DNA of 64,000 nucleotides from an uncultured delta proteobacterium (lineage in GTDB: Bacteria; Desulfobacterota; Binatia; UBA9968): assembly GCA_963771465.1 (NCBI GenBank), contig CAVYTU010000016.1, positions 96,001-160,000 on the forward strand, in the 5' to 3' direction. A program made the position numbers and the translations under genes. Below the pieces are notes generated by a model. It was not told where the DNA came from. It made no database searches and saw only the letters and a program-made list of their open reading frames with translations. Of the stretch, positions 1-9,725 are shown piece by piece; positions within the stretch are counted from its first letter, which is position 1, and each line of letters begins with the position of its first letter.

Positions 1-477
1 AATGCGCGCGCCACGCGAGAAGGTGACAAAGGCGTTGCAGCTCTCGCTGGCGCGAGCGACGACTTTTTTCACTTCTTCCGACGGGCTTGGACTGTCGATG
101 TTGACCAAGAACGTGGCGCGGTCAAAGCCGCCTTTGCGCGGCGAGTCGGGCCGTGCCACATAGCCTGAAATCTCGCATTCGAGATTGTCCAGTTTGACGT
201 CGGCGAGGGCGGCGCTTTTGACGCACCACACTTGGTGACACATCATGATTCCAGCCAAGAAGTATCGTAACGGCGCGGGTCCGGCATCGGTACCACCGGA
301 AGACTCCCGCTCGTCGGAGATAAAAACATGGCCTTCGACGCTAGCGCGAAACTGCAAATCGTGCAGCGCTTTGGATTTCACCGTCGTCACCGGTCTCTCG
401 GGTCCCGGTGTTCTTTGGCCGCGCTCTTCGAGCTGGCGCTGGACCAGCTGCTTCATATGGGGATCGATCCACAACAT
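1..477 (-). CDS. OsmC/Ohr-family protein (3' end runs off the window; not in the ORF track)
   Basis: Manual translation from ATG at 477, with AGGAGG RBS: MLWIDPHMKQ...FISDERESSGGTDAGPAPLRYFLAGIMMCHQVWC...ESCNAFVTF. It has the OsmC-type DE..GG...GPxP motif and two conserved Cys. Confidence 0.8.
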   Translation of the reverse strand, partial: MLWIDPHMKQLVQRQLEERGQRTPGPERPVTTVKSKALHDLQFRASVEGHVFISDERESSGGTDAGPAPLRYFLAGIMMCHQVWCVKSAALADVKLDNLECEISGYVARPDSPRKGGFDRATFLVNIDSPSPSEEVKKVVARASESCNAFVTFSRGARI

Positions 478-518
478 TGATTGTCCTCCTAATTGTCCAT
501 ACTCGATGCGACGGGCGA

Positions 519-1583
519 TTAAACTTTGATTTCGCCGTTCTCGCAGACAACGATGTTGTCATCGACGATGACGGTGACCCTGGCTATGATTCCTTCCAAT
601 CTTAACGTGCTAAAAACGCGCTTGCTGGGGTCGTCGGTAAACGTGTAGCGATCCGGTCCGGTGCCGATACCGAAGTGCATCGAGCCGTAACGTTTCTTGT
701 CGCTGCGCATGATGCCGGCGCGCGGCGGGCACTTCTTGTTGGTGCCCAGTCCCATCTCGCCGCCGACGGAGTAAGAATCCTCATCGCCGTTCTTTTCCAA
801 ATACGCTTTGATCTGCGCCGCTTCGAGCCCACCGGTGATGTCGACGACACGGCCATTTTTAATCGTGAGTTTCACCGGATCTTTCCAAATCCCGGCGGGA
901 TAATGCGCCGTGGTATCCCAAACCACCGTGCCATTCGCCGTACCTGGAAGCGGCTCGATGTGGATCTCGCCGAAGGGCCAGGTGCCGCCGCCGAGATGGT
1001 CACCCTCGCGTTGAAAAGGAATCTTGGCGGCGCGGTTGAAATGAAAATCTTTGGGATAGCCGGAAATGTCGGCGGTAAAATCGGTGCCATATTCCGACTG
1101 CAGGCGGATTTTCTTACCGCGGTCATAGATCGCGCCGATGCGTTTGTGCAGCTCGACCATTTCTTTAATATCGTCCCAATTCGCCGTGCCGCCGCCTTCG
1201 CTAAGAATTTCCACGGTATTTTCTTCCATCAGCCAGATGGGAATTCGGCCCGCTTTGCGAATCGAGCGCAGGCCGGGCGTGCCGCTATTCATGCACGTCG
1301 TGGTCAGCGCCGCGACCGCGTTGCAGGCTTTGGCTGCCTCAATCGCCGCGGGATGCGGATCGCAGCAATGGTACGGCAACTTGGGAAACATACACAATGC
1401 TGGCGAGCCGCCTTTCGAGTTCACCACCGCCATGAACGTCTGCCATACCAGCGGATCCATGGCATCGTCCGTCATGACAAGAACTTTGTCGCCCTCTTGA
1501 ATCTGCTGCAGCGGCGTCTGCAGATGCTTCATCAAGCCGATGATTTTTGTCGGCGGTATGCCGTATCTTTCAGTCATTACCAT
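519..1583 (-). CDS. Peptidase M29 / NicX (2,5-dihydroxypyridine dioxygenase)-like fold protein
   Basis: Motifs PFGEIHIEPLPGTANGTVVWD, GEMGLGTN and GSMHFGIG; GGAGG RBS. Confidence 0.7.
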   Translation of the reverse strand: MVMTERYGIPPTKIIGLMKHLQTPLQQIQEGDKVLVMTDDAMDPLVWQTFMAVVNSKGGSPALCMFPKLPYHCCDPHPAAIEAAKACNAVAALTTTCMNSGTPGLRSIRKAGRIPIWLMEENTVEILSEGGGTANWDDIKEMVELHKRIGAIYDRGKKIRLQSEYGTDFTADISGYPKDFHFNRAAKIPFQREGDHLGGGTWPFGEIHIEPLPGTANGTVVWDTTAHYPAGIWKDPVKLTIKNGRVVDITGGLEAAQIKAYLEKNGDEDSYSVGGEMGLGTNKKCPPRAGIMRSDKKRYGSMHFGIGTGPDRYTFTDDPSKRVFSTLRLEGIIARVTVIVDDNIVVCENGEIKV

Positions 1584-1613
1584 TTGAGACCTCCTAGGTT
1601 GATTCGAAAATTT

Positions 1614-2642
1614 TCATGTTGAAGAATTTTTTTTCACGTAGCGATATTTCATCGCATCCCATTTTTGCGCGGTCAATTCATCGTAGGCGCGTTTGACAAA
1701 AGAGAAGTCGTAAACCTGATCGAGCGTTACCTCTTTGGTTTTGGCAGGCGCGCCCGACATCTTCATTTGTTCTTTAACCCTGTCGATATTGGTTTGCATC
1801 GCTTCGTCCGTGGCCCGGCCAATCTGAGCGATCTCAGAGGCGCGCCGGGCGCGCTCCTCCCAGATATCTTTGACTTCCGCTTCATCGGAGATCGCCAGGG
1901 CTTCCATTAAGAATTTGATGGTTTCCGGATTGCGATACCAGAACAGTTGTCCTTTCAGGGTTGCGCGCACCACCCGGAAAACTTCGTCCGGCGAGTCTTT
2001 AATTTTCGCATCGGTCGTGCATAGGCTGGCGCTCAGCGATGAGATGTGATCGCCGCTGTAGGCCAACATGTGATAGCCTTTGGCTTGAGCGCGCTTGACC
2101 TGCTCGTAGGACAACATGGTCGCGTCGACGGAGTCGGTCAGCAATGAATTCAAGCGCAAATTGGGCTCGCCGAAAACTCTCAATTTGACTTCGGCGATGG
2201 GCACGCCGGTTCTGGCGAGCAGATCTTTCATGATCAAAAACGCGTTGCCGGAAAAATCCGAGATCGCCACGGTTTTGCCGACAAGTTGTTTAAGGTTGGT
2301 AATCTTGGGCGAACTGACCAAGTACTGCGCCGGCTTGTCGGCATTGTTGAGAATGATTTTCAGTCGCGCGCCACTGAAAACCGCCGGCAGAACCGCTGCG
2401 TTGGTGTAGCCAACACTGCCGCCGATCAGCGCTTGGGTCGCGATCGTGCCGCGGGTGACAACGACTTCGCTCTGCAATCCTTCCTCTCTGTAGAAACCCA
2501 ACCGCTGAGAAATCACGAAGGGCAGCATCGCCTCGCCGCCGCCCTTAGCCGAGAAGATTACTTTCTTCAAGGACTGCGCCTGCGAGCTGGTGTTAAAAGT
2601 GAAAACTACAATCATTGCGATAAAAGCGATTTTAATTTTCAT
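1614..2642 (-). CDS. NMT1/THI5 (SsuA/TauA-like) ABC substrate-binding protein
   Basis: Signal peptide MKIKIAFIAMIVVFTFNTSSQA; GFYREEGL, LVGKTVAIS and YDFSFV motifs. Start reassigned to ATG 2642. Confidence 0.8.
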   Translation of the reverse strand: MKIKIAFIAMIVVFTFNTSSQAQSLKKVIFSAKGGGEAMLPFVISQRLGFYREEGLQSEVVVTRGTIATQALIGGSVGYTNAAVLPAVFSGARLKIILNNADKPAQYLVSSPKITNLKQLVGKTVAISDFSGNAFLIMKDLLARTGVPIAEVKLRVFGEPNLRLNSLLTDSVDATMLSYEQVKRAQAKGYHMLAYSGDHISSLSASLCTTDAKIKDSPDEVFRVVRATLKGQLFWYRNPETIKFLMEALAISDEAEVKDIWEERARRASEIAQIGRATDEAMQTNIDRVKEQMKMSGAPAKTKEVTLDQVYDFSFVKRAYDELTAQKWDAMKYRYVKKNSST

Positions 2643-2714
2643 CAGCCGCTCCGATTGCGGATTCGACCGAAAAACCTGCGCGAGCTTTTTGCCGTTCACT
2701 TTAACCACACTGTT

Positions 2715-2800
2715 GCTTTATTGAATCTCGCGCGCTGTGTCAAAGGCAAAATCTCTCACGCTTTCGGTTGACAGCACATCGCGCAAATCGATATTGCTAG
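2715..2800. promoter_or_regulatory. Divergent sigma70-like promoters
   Basis: TTGACA on - (2743-2738) with TAAAGC 17 bp downstream; TTGACA on + (2768-2773) followed by TATTGCT. Lies between divergent genes. Confidence 0.4.
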
Positions 2801-2865
2801 TTTAGAGCCCGAGAGAATTAAATTTTTTCATAATCTCGCTACCATCGTGCGGGGAGGACCTAGTC

Positions 2866-3597
2866 ATGGCCGTTTGGGAACGCGGTGAACTGTCGATCTA
2901 CTACGAAACTTACGGTTCGGGATTTCCGCTTTTACTGATCGCGCCGGGAGGCATGAACTCGGTGATCGGCTTCTGGAACCGCGCGGCATTCAATCCGATC
3001 GAAATATTCTCGCGGCACTACTGGGTGATCGCCATGGAGCAGCGTAATGCCGGCCGTTCCAAGGGGCCGCTCGAACCGGACGATCCCTGGGGCAGTTACG
3101 CCGAGGATCAGATTGGGCTGATGAGCCACTTGGGTATCGACCGCTTTCACGTGCTCGGTTGTTGTATCGGCTGTTCCTACGCGCTGAGACTCATTCAGCG
3201 CGCGCCGCAACGTGTCGCCGCTGCCGTGATCGAGCAGCCGATCGGAATTTCCGACGAGAATCGCAGTGTGCTGGCGCAGAATCTTTACGGCCGCTGGGCC
3301 GAGGAACTGCCCAAGAAGCGCCCCGAGCTGCAAGCCGATGCGGTGCAAGCCTTTGGCAAAAAAATGTTCACCGGCGACTTTGTTTTCAGTGTGACCAGAG
3401 AATTTGTCAAAAGTTGCGCGACGCCGATGATCGTCATGCCGGGCAACAATCTGGATCATCCGCGCGTGATCGGCAACGAGATCGCGGCGCTGGCGCCGAA
3501 TTCGGAAACCATTCCCGAGTGGCGCCAGCCGCCCGAGTTGGTGCCCCCGGCGGTGGCGCGCATCAGAAAGTTTCTCGCTGCGCATACGCCGGAGTGA
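2866..3597 (+). CDS. Alpha/beta hydrolase fold protein
   Basis: IYYETYGSGFPLLLIAPGG, MEQRNAGRS, nucleophile elbow G-C-C-I-G (Cys in place of Ser), C-terminal DH. Confidence 0.85.
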   Translation: MAVWERGELSIYYETYGSGFPLLLIAPGGMNSVIGFWNRAAFNPIEIFSRHYWVIAMEQRNAGRSKGPLEPDDPWGSYAEDQIGLMSHLGIDRFHVLGCCIGCSYALRLIQRAPQRVAAAVIEQPIGISDENRSVLAQNLYGRWAEELPKKRPELQADAVQAFGKKMFTGDFVFSVTREFVKSCATPMIVMPGNNLDHPRVIGNEIAALAPNSETIPEWRQPPELVPPAVARIRKFLAAHTPE

Positions 3598-3670
3598 GGC
3601 AGGGGGAATTGGATGGAGTGATTGATTTCGCATGTGTCACGCATAAGTTCATTTAGCGAGGTGATTCTGC

Positions 3671-4822
3671 ATGAAGAACGGTTTCAAAGTTTTTGACACT
3701 GACACCCATGTTCGTCCCATGTTGGAGACGCTTGAGCCCTATTACGACGCTAACGTGCGCGCGCGCATGGCTGAGCTGGAAAAGTTCAAACGGGAAAACC
3801 GGCGCGACGTCGAAGGCATGGTGGTCGGGCGTCACTCCTACGCGCTGGGCGAGCGCATCGCTTATTCGAGAATTCTCGGCAAGGCTGACCCGGAACCCGG
3901 CCATTTCGCGCCAAGGTCGAAATTCATGGGCACCCGCCACGCCACGCGCGGCGCCATCGACGACGACGCGCGCGCCCGGCTGCGCGACATGGATGAAGAA
4001 GGCGTCGACGTGCAATTCCTCATCGGCGGCGCATCCAACACCGATTCGCTCAATGACCATGAGCTCGACGTCGGTTTTGTGCGCGCCTACAATCGTTATC
4101 TGCACGATTTTTGCGGCGCCGATCCGCATCGTCTCAAGGCAGCCCCGACGGTGCTGCTTAACGCCGTGGATGAATGCGTCGAAGAGATCAAACGCTGGGG
4201 TAAGGAGCCATGGATGGTCGGTATCCTGCCGCAGTCGCGCAACGACATGCCGCTCGATCATCCTGACATGGAGCCGGTCTGGAAAGCTTGCGCCGACATG
4301 AACATCGCCGTCGTTTATCATAGCCACTACGCTGGACCGCCGTACTTTCCCGGCTGCCGCGACTTGTGGGCGAACGCTTTCCTCGGCCGCTCGGCGGCCC
4401 ACCCATGGGGCGCGATGCGCGCCATCGGCTCGTTCATCGGCGCCGGCATCATGGAACGCTATAAGTCGCTGCGCTTCGGCATTCTCGAAAGCGGCTGCGG
4501 CTGGCTGCCTTACTGGAGCCGGCGGCTCGATGACCAGGCCGAGTACGTGCTCGGCAGCGTCCCCGAGATGGAGCACAAGATCAGCGAGTACCTGACCGGC
4601 GGCAGATTTTTCTCCAGCATCGAAATGTCGGAAGGGCAGGACATGATCGAAATGGTGATCCAATTTCTCGGCGAAGATGTTTTAATGTACGCCTCCGATT
4701 ACCCGCATTTCGAATGCCGGTTCCCCAATTCGGTGGATTATTTCTTCGATTGGCAACTGGGCGACCCACTGCGGCGCAAAATGCTGTGGGAAAATCCGGT
4801 GCGGTTTTACGGCGAGCCGTAG
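3671..4822 (+). CDS. Amidohydrolase family 2 protein
   Basis: DTDTH, DMDEEGVD, AYNRYL, LESGCGW, ASDYPH and ENP..FY motifs. Confidence 0.9.
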   Translation: MKNGFKVFDTDTHVRPMLETLEPYYDANVRARMAELEKFKRENRRDVEGMVVGRHSYALGERIAYSRILGKADPEPGHFAPRSKFMGTRHATRGAIDDDARARLRDMDEEGVDVQFLIGGASNTDSLNDHELDVGFVRAYNRYLHDFCGADPHRLKAAPTVLLNAVDECVEEIKRWGKEPWMVGILPQSRNDMPLDHPDMEPVWKACADMNIAVVYHSHYAGPPYFPGCRDLWANAFLGRSAAHPWGAMRAIGSFIGAGIMERYKSLRFGILESGCGWLPYWSRRLDDQAEYVLGSVPEMEHKISEYLTGGRFFSSIEMSEGQDMIEMVIQFLGEDVLMYASDYPHFECRFPNSVDYFFDWQLGDPLRRKMLWENPVRFYGEP

Positions 4823-4920
4823 GAGAGGATTTACCGTGCCCGCCCTAGGACGGAAGACCGGATCAAATGGCCGCAAAGAACGCAAAGGGCGCAAAAATTA
4901 AATAGCTTCGGAGAACCATC

Positions 4921-6261
4921 ATGGGAAAAACTGAAACGACACTGGCGCAATTCGCGCTAAACTATCCGACCCAAGATATTCCGGCGGATGTCATGCATTT
5001 GGCTAAACGCTGCGTGATGAATTCCTGTGGCGTGGCGCTGTTCGCGACGCTCGATCCGGCGATCAATATACTGCTCGACTTTTTGCGCGTTGAGGGCTGC
5101 GCGCCGCAGGCGACGGTGATCGGCAGTGGACTTCGCACCTCGCCACAGAACGCGGCGTTGGCGAACGGCTTCCTGGGCCATTTCGAAGACTACGACGACA
5201 CCCATACGACCGTGATTCATCCGACCGCGCCGATCATGCCCGCAGTGTTAGCGTTGAGCGAGCAGCATAGGGTGAGTGGCAAGGACTTTCTCGGCGCGTT
5301 CGCGATCGGTGTCGATGTCGCCTGTCGCATCGGTTTGGTGATTTACAAAAAATTCCGCGACGGCGCGGCGCATTGGCACATCACGAATACCTGCGGCGTG
5401 CTTGGCGCTGCGGCGGCAGCGGGCCGCTTGCTCAAGCTCAGCGAGCAACAAATGGTTTATGCCTTTGCCATTGCCGGTACGCAGGCCAGCGGCGTGCGCG
5501 AAGTGTTCGGTTCCATGTGCAAGCCGTTTCACGCCGGTAAAGCAGCGCAAAACGGTTTGGTTGCGGCCCTGCTGGCGCAGCGCGGTTTCACCGGCACCGA
5601 CGGCATCTTCGAAGGGGAGCGCGGTTTGGTCGGCATTATGGCCAAGGGTCACGATATCAATGAAGCGACTCAAGATCTCGGTGGACGTTGGGAGCTGCGC
5701 CAAAATGGACTCAAACCTTACGCCTGCGGCCAGGCGAACCACGGCTTGCTCGATGCCGTGCTTGCTCTCAGAAAAAAGCCGGGCGTGTCGCCGGACACGA
5801 TCAAACATATGCAAGGCAGCGTGCAGGAATTCGCGCCGGCGCTGGTCCGACGGCGCCATCCGCGCAGCGGCCTCGAGTCGAAGTTTTGTTATTATCATTC
5901 CATGGCCGCGGCGATGATCGACGGCCAGGCGCTGGCGGCGCAGTTCACCGACGCGCGCGCCGCCGATGCTGCGGTTGTGGCATTGCGCGATCGCATCGAT
6001 TTTCACGAAGATCCGTCGCTGTCGCGCCGCGCCGCGATGGTCACACTGGAATTGAATGACGGCACGACCTACACGGAGAGAATCGAGCATCCGACCGGCA
6101 CGCCCGGCAACCCGATGAGCGATGGCATGGTGCAGGAAAAGTTTAGCGGTCTGGCGACAACCGCGGTTGGCGCTGAGCAAGCCGCAAAGGCGCGCCACGC
6201 GCTGTGGAATATCGATCAGCTTTCAGACATGCGCGAGCTGGTGCCGGTTTTGACCAAGTGA
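4921..6261 (+). CDS. MmgE/PrpD family protein
   Basis: AALANGFLGHFEDYDDTH, HP, CKPFHAG, KPYAC and GTPGNPMS motifs. Confidence 0.92.
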   Translation: MGKTETTLAQFALNYPTQDIPADVMHLAKRCVMNSCGVALFATLDPAINILLDFLRVEGCAPQATVIGSGLRTSPQNAALANGFLGHFEDYDDTHTTVIHPTAPIMPAVLALSEQHRVSGKDFLGAFAIGVDVACRIGLVIYKKFRDGAAHWHITNTCGVLGAAAAAGRLLKLSEQQMVYAFAIAGTQASGVREVFGSMCKPFHAGKAAQNGLVAALLAQRGFTGTDGIFEGERGLVGIMAKGHDINEATQDLGGRWELRQNGLKPYACGQANHGLLDAVLALRKKPGVSPDTIKHMQGSVQEFAPALVRRRHPRSGLESKFCYYHSMAAAMIDGQALAAQFTDARAADAAVVALRDRIDFHEDPSLSRRAAMVTLELNDGTTYTERIEHPTGTPGNPMSDGMVQEKFSGLATTAVGAEQAAKARHALWNIDQLSDMRELVPVLTK

Positions 6262-6348
6262 GTCTGGACGCATCTCCATATTGCAGCGGGCAATCAATTG
6301 CTTTACCGTTTGCGAAAGTCTTAATCATAAAGGAATTGCCGCTGCATC

Positions 6349-6687
6349 ATGAAATGTCCAAAGTGCCAAAGCGAAACTCTGGTCGGTCATATAATCGAAG
6401 ACGTGGGAGTCGATCGTTGCTCCGCCTGCGACGGAGTTTGGTTCGACGCACAGGAGCTAAGCCAGCTGCTGGCCGAAGACGCCAAGCAAGTTGCGTCGTT
6501 GCGCCGCGGCAGCGTGCGTGAAGAGCTGGCCGGAAAAAAAGGCAATTGCCCACGCGACGACGGTGAGTTGCTGCGGGTCTACAGCGCGATTGAGAAAACC
6601 GTGATTATCGACGCCTGCCCGGATTGCCGCGGCATCTGGCTCGACGGCGGCGAGTTTGCAAAGCTGTTCGCGGCGCGGCGACTGTAA
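6349..6687 (+). CDS. Tandem TFIIB-type zinc-ribbon protein
   Basis: Two repeats of CPxC/D...D.CxxCxG(V/I)W(F/L)DxxE. Confidence 0.85.
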   Translation: MKCPKCQSETLVGHIIEDVGVDRCSACDGVWFDAQELSQLLAEDAKQVASLRRGSVREELAGKKGNCPRDDGELLRVYSAIEKTVIIDACPDCRGIWLDGGEFAKLFAARRL

Positions 6688-6853
6688 AGAGATAACGCCG
6701 ATTTGAACTTCGCAGTATCCTACCGACGCTAATTTTCACAGAATCATTTTGGTCGTTGCGATACCCGCTTGCCATTGTTAGCGAACCAGCGGCCATGTTA
6801 GAAGGTCGAGCTGCAGCCAATAGATCTCCGAGCATAACGACTCTGAGAATGAG

Positions 6854-7849
6854 ATGAGCCTCAAAACATCCGCTTTCGTTAGATCGCTCGCCAGGGCGTC
6901 GCTGCTTTCCCTGTTCATTTTCCTGTCGCTTGCGCGGTCAACAACGATGGCGGCCCAGGCGGCTCGCGAGTTGAAGGAAATCAAAGTCGCTTACCCGCCG
7001 TCGATGGCGTCGGTGACTTTGATGACCGGCATCAAACAGAAATTTTTTGATGAGCAAGGGTTGCGGCCGATTCTGTTAGTCATCACCAGCGATCTCGCTC
7101 TGAAGAGCCAGGTGGTCGGCGAGATCGATTATACGCTTTTCGGCGGCGGCTCCGGCATGCTTGCGGCGGCGCAGGGCTTGCCGATTAAGAACGTCCACCT
7201 GCCGCACAAGTTTGCCGACCTGACCTTGGTGGCGCGACCCGAGTTCAAGACCGTCGCGCAGCTGCGCGGCAAGAAGATCGGCGTTAGCAGTTTTTCCGGC
7301 AGCGTGTATTCTTCGACGCGCGCCATGTTGTCGGCGGGCGGCCTCGATCCCGACAAGGATGTCGTGATCATCCCGATGGGGCGGGAGCCGATCCGGCTGC
7401 AAGCGCTGTTTTCCGGCAGCATCGATGCCACGCCGCTGCCCGTGCCGTTGCACGCCGTGGCAGAAGAAAAAGGTTTTAGCTTGCTCGCCGACATCGAAGG
7501 AAAATTCGAAGTGCCGTTCAGCGGCGTCACGGTGACCGATAGGAAGCTGAAAGAAAATCCCGACGAGGTGAAGCGCGTGATCCGAGCGATGGTCAAAGCC
7601 GGTTTGTTTTTCCTGAACCACCGTGCCGAATCGGTGGCGTTGTACATGGACTGGTTGAAACTTTCAAAAAACATCGCCGAGAAGGCTTATGCGCGCTCGA
7701 TAAAGACCGTCAGCCCAGACGGATTGGGCAAGGATAGCGCGATCAAGAATCAGCTCGGGCTGATCAAGCAGACCACCGGCAAGGACGTAAAGCCGGAGGA
7801 CGTGATCGACTTTACCCTGCTGCGACAGGTGTTGGCCGAGTTGAAATGA
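6854..7849 (+). CDS. NMT1/THI5-type ABC substrate-binding protein
   Basis: Signal peptide; FFDEQGL, LRGKKIGVS, GLDPDKDV and IDFTLL motifs. Confidence 0.85.
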   Translation: MSLKTSAFVRSLARASLLSLFIFLSLARSTTMAAQAARELKEIKVAYPPSMASVTLMTGIKQKFFDEQGLRPILLVITSDLALKSQVVGEIDYTLFGGGSGMLAAAQGLPIKNVHLPHKFADLTLVARPEFKTVAQLRGKKIGVSSFSGSVYSSTRAMLSAGGLDPDKDVVIIPMGREPIRLQALFSGSIDATPLPVPLHAVAEEKGFSLLADIEGKFEVPFSGVTVTDRKLKENPDEVKRVIRAMVKAGLFFLNHRAESVALYMDWLKLSKNIAEKAYARSIKTVSPDGLGKDSAIKNQLGLIKQTTGKDVKPEDVIDFTLLRQVLAELK

Positions 7850-8898
7850 TGACGAATGCGAGCGACGAAAAAGGGCCGCGCATAAGAAAATTCTCATTGG
7901 ATAAATCGGCGGCTATTCTGCTGCTCGCGATGATGTTCCCATGGGCCGGTCGAGCTGGGGCGCAATCGGCCTCGATCAAGCCGGAAAAGAAAAGTTTGGA
8001 GATCGCCGTGGCGGCGTTCGCGCATACGACGATGCCGCTGTTGATTGCGCATGAGGCGGGCTACTTCGCAAAACATGGGCTGACCGTGAACATCAGCGCG
8101 GTGAGCGCGGGTGTTGCGGTGCAGGGGCTGATTTCCGCAAAGATCGATATCTATCAGGGCGGGTCGGCGGCGATGATGGCGACGCTGGCCGGCGCGGATA
8201 TCATTTATGTCGGCGCCGGCGTCGACAAAAGCTCGCTAATGTTGTTCGGCCAAAAGGGGGTTACGAGTTTCGAAGCCCTGCGCGGTAAGACGGTGGCGAC
8301 CACGTCGCCCGGCGCTTTCGGCGAGATCGCCATGCGCATGACGGCTAGAAAAAACGGCATGGAGATTCCCAAGGACATCAAGTTGATGTTTCACGGCACG
8401 CCGGCGCAGGCGTTTTCGACTTTTACCTTGGGCAACGCCGATGGCATGATCAATACGCCGCCGCAAAGCGACATGGCCAAGCAGAAAGGCTTTCCGGTGA
8501 TTATCGATTTTTATAAAGAAGGATTGAAAATCATAGGTCCCGGCACCGCGGTGACGCGCGAGTTCAGCCAGAAAAATCCCAACACCATCAAAGCGTTTTT
8601 GATGGGACTCTTGGACGGGGTGAAACGAGCCATCGATGACGAAGAGTACGCTAGCAAGCTCGAATCGAAATATTCCAAAGTCACGGACGCCAAAATCCTC
8701 GCTGATAATTACCAACAAGGTTTACGCGTTTGGAACAAGGATATGACCATCGATCCGGCGGCGATCCGCGTTGTCCTTGATGACTCGCCGGATGGCAAGG
8801 GCAAAGGCGTCGATCCCAAACGATTCTACGACAATAGTTTCATCCAGGCGGTCAACCGCGATCACGCGTCGAAGCTGTTTCCGGGGGAAGTGAAGTAG
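7846..8898 (+). CDS. NMT1/THI5-type ABC substrate-binding protein
   Basis: Signal peptide; GYFAKHGL, LRGKTVA and FYDNSF motifs. ATGA overlap with the upstream SBP. Confidence 0.85.
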   Translation: MMTNASDEKGPRIRKFSLDKSAAILLLAMMFPWAGRAGAQSASIKPEKKSLEIAVAAFAHTTMPLLIAHEAGYFAKHGLTVNISAVSAGVAVQGLISAKIDIYQGGSAAMMATLAGADIIYVGAGVDKSSLMLFGQKGVTSFEALRGKTVATTSPGAFGEIAMRMTARKNGMEIPKDIKLMFHGTPAQAFSTFTLGNADGMINTPPQSDMAKQKGFPVIIDFYKEGLKIIGPGTAVTREFSQKNPNTIKAFLMGLLDGVKRAIDDEEYASKLESKYSKVTDAKILADNYQQGLRVWNKDMTIDPAAIRVVLDDSPDGKGKGVDPKRFYDNSFIQAVNRDHASKLFPGEVK

Positions 8899-8907
8899 GA
8901 CGGAAGA

Positions 8908-8998
8908 AATCAGAGGTCGGATGTCGGAAGTCAGAAATCAGAAGTCAGAAGATCGATGCCGTTCGCGTACGATTCCACATTTCAAATTCCAGATTCCA
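8908..8998 (+). repeat. Two heptamer tandem arrays
   Basis: AATCAGA GGTCGGA TGTCGGA AGTCAGA AATCAGA AGTCAGA (8908-8949), then GATTCCA CATTTCA AATTCCA GATTCCA (8971-8998). Confidence 0.8.
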
Positions 8999-9040
8999 AA
9001 AAGCGGCGGTTCTCGCCGCGTGTTGAAATAATTTGCCGGT

Positions 9041-9706
9041 CTAGTGGTGGCCGGGGCTTTCCCATACGCTCATGGCGGCGCGGCAGCACAGCGCGTCTTG
9101 CTCGGGCCGGCTCGAGCCGGCGACGCCGATGGCGCCGACGATGGTGACGCCGTTGAGAATGGGCACTGCGCCGGCCATCGGCAGAATCTTTCCACGATGG
9201 GAAATCAGCAGGCTTCTGAGTGACGGCTGGCGCGCTTGCGGCACCAGCGTCGCCGTCGCGACGTGAAACGCCGCGGCGGTATAAGCTTTGTCGAACGCGA
9301 GCTCGGCGCTGCGCGCCTCGGCTTTATCCATTTTCCCCACCGCTATCGGCGCGCCGGCTTCGTCGACGACCACGGCGGTGACCGCGACGCCGACCATCTG
9401 CGCATATTCGTGCGCCGATTGGATCATCGCCCAGGCGGTATCGAAGGGTACCGGGCCGATGGCCGCTTTGTTCTGACGAAAAAAAGCGGCGTTGACTTCG
9501 ATTGAGCCAGCGTGCTCGGCGGGTATGTCGACGTCCTTGAAGATCGCATCCACCGGGCAAACGATCTCGCACTGCTCACAGTCGATACAAACTTCCGGAT
9601 CGACGTAAAATTGCGGCGCGCCGGGCTTGGTGTGGATGCAAGCGACAGGGCAGACTTCGACGCAAGCGCCGTCGTTGGTGCACAGGCTAGTGATGATGTA
9701 AGGCAT
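9041..9706 (-). CDS. Fusion of a dicluster (FdxA-like) ferredoxin and a GlcG/HbpS heme-binding domain
   Basis: N-terminal MPYIITSLCTNDGACVEVCPVACI...CIDCEQCEIVCP; C-terminal VAVTAVVVDEAG...A.DKAYTA...GAVPI...IVGAIGVAG...QDALC. Confidence 0.85.
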   Translation of the reverse strand: MPYIITSLCTNDGACVEVCPVACIHTKPGAPQFYVDPEVCIDCEQCEIVCPVDAIFKDVDIPAEHAGSIEVNAAFFRQNKAAIGPVPFDTAWAMIQSAHEYAQMVGVAVTAVVVDEAGAPIAVGKMDKAEARSAELAFDKAYTAAAFHVATATLVPQARQPSLRSLLISHRGKILPMAGAVPILNGVTIVGAIGVAGSSRPEQDALCCRAAMSVWESPGHH

Positions 9707-9725
9707 GGGTCCTCGCCTCGCTTGG

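Noticed and set aside
675-1622. Long antisense and alternative-frame ORFs (also 3653-4663, 5248-6198, 14702-15613, 26475-27443, 33770-34831, 36505-37353, 38705-39547)
   Set aside because: They are shadows of well-supported genes on the opposite strand. This is expected in GC-rich DNA, and they show no recognisable motifs.
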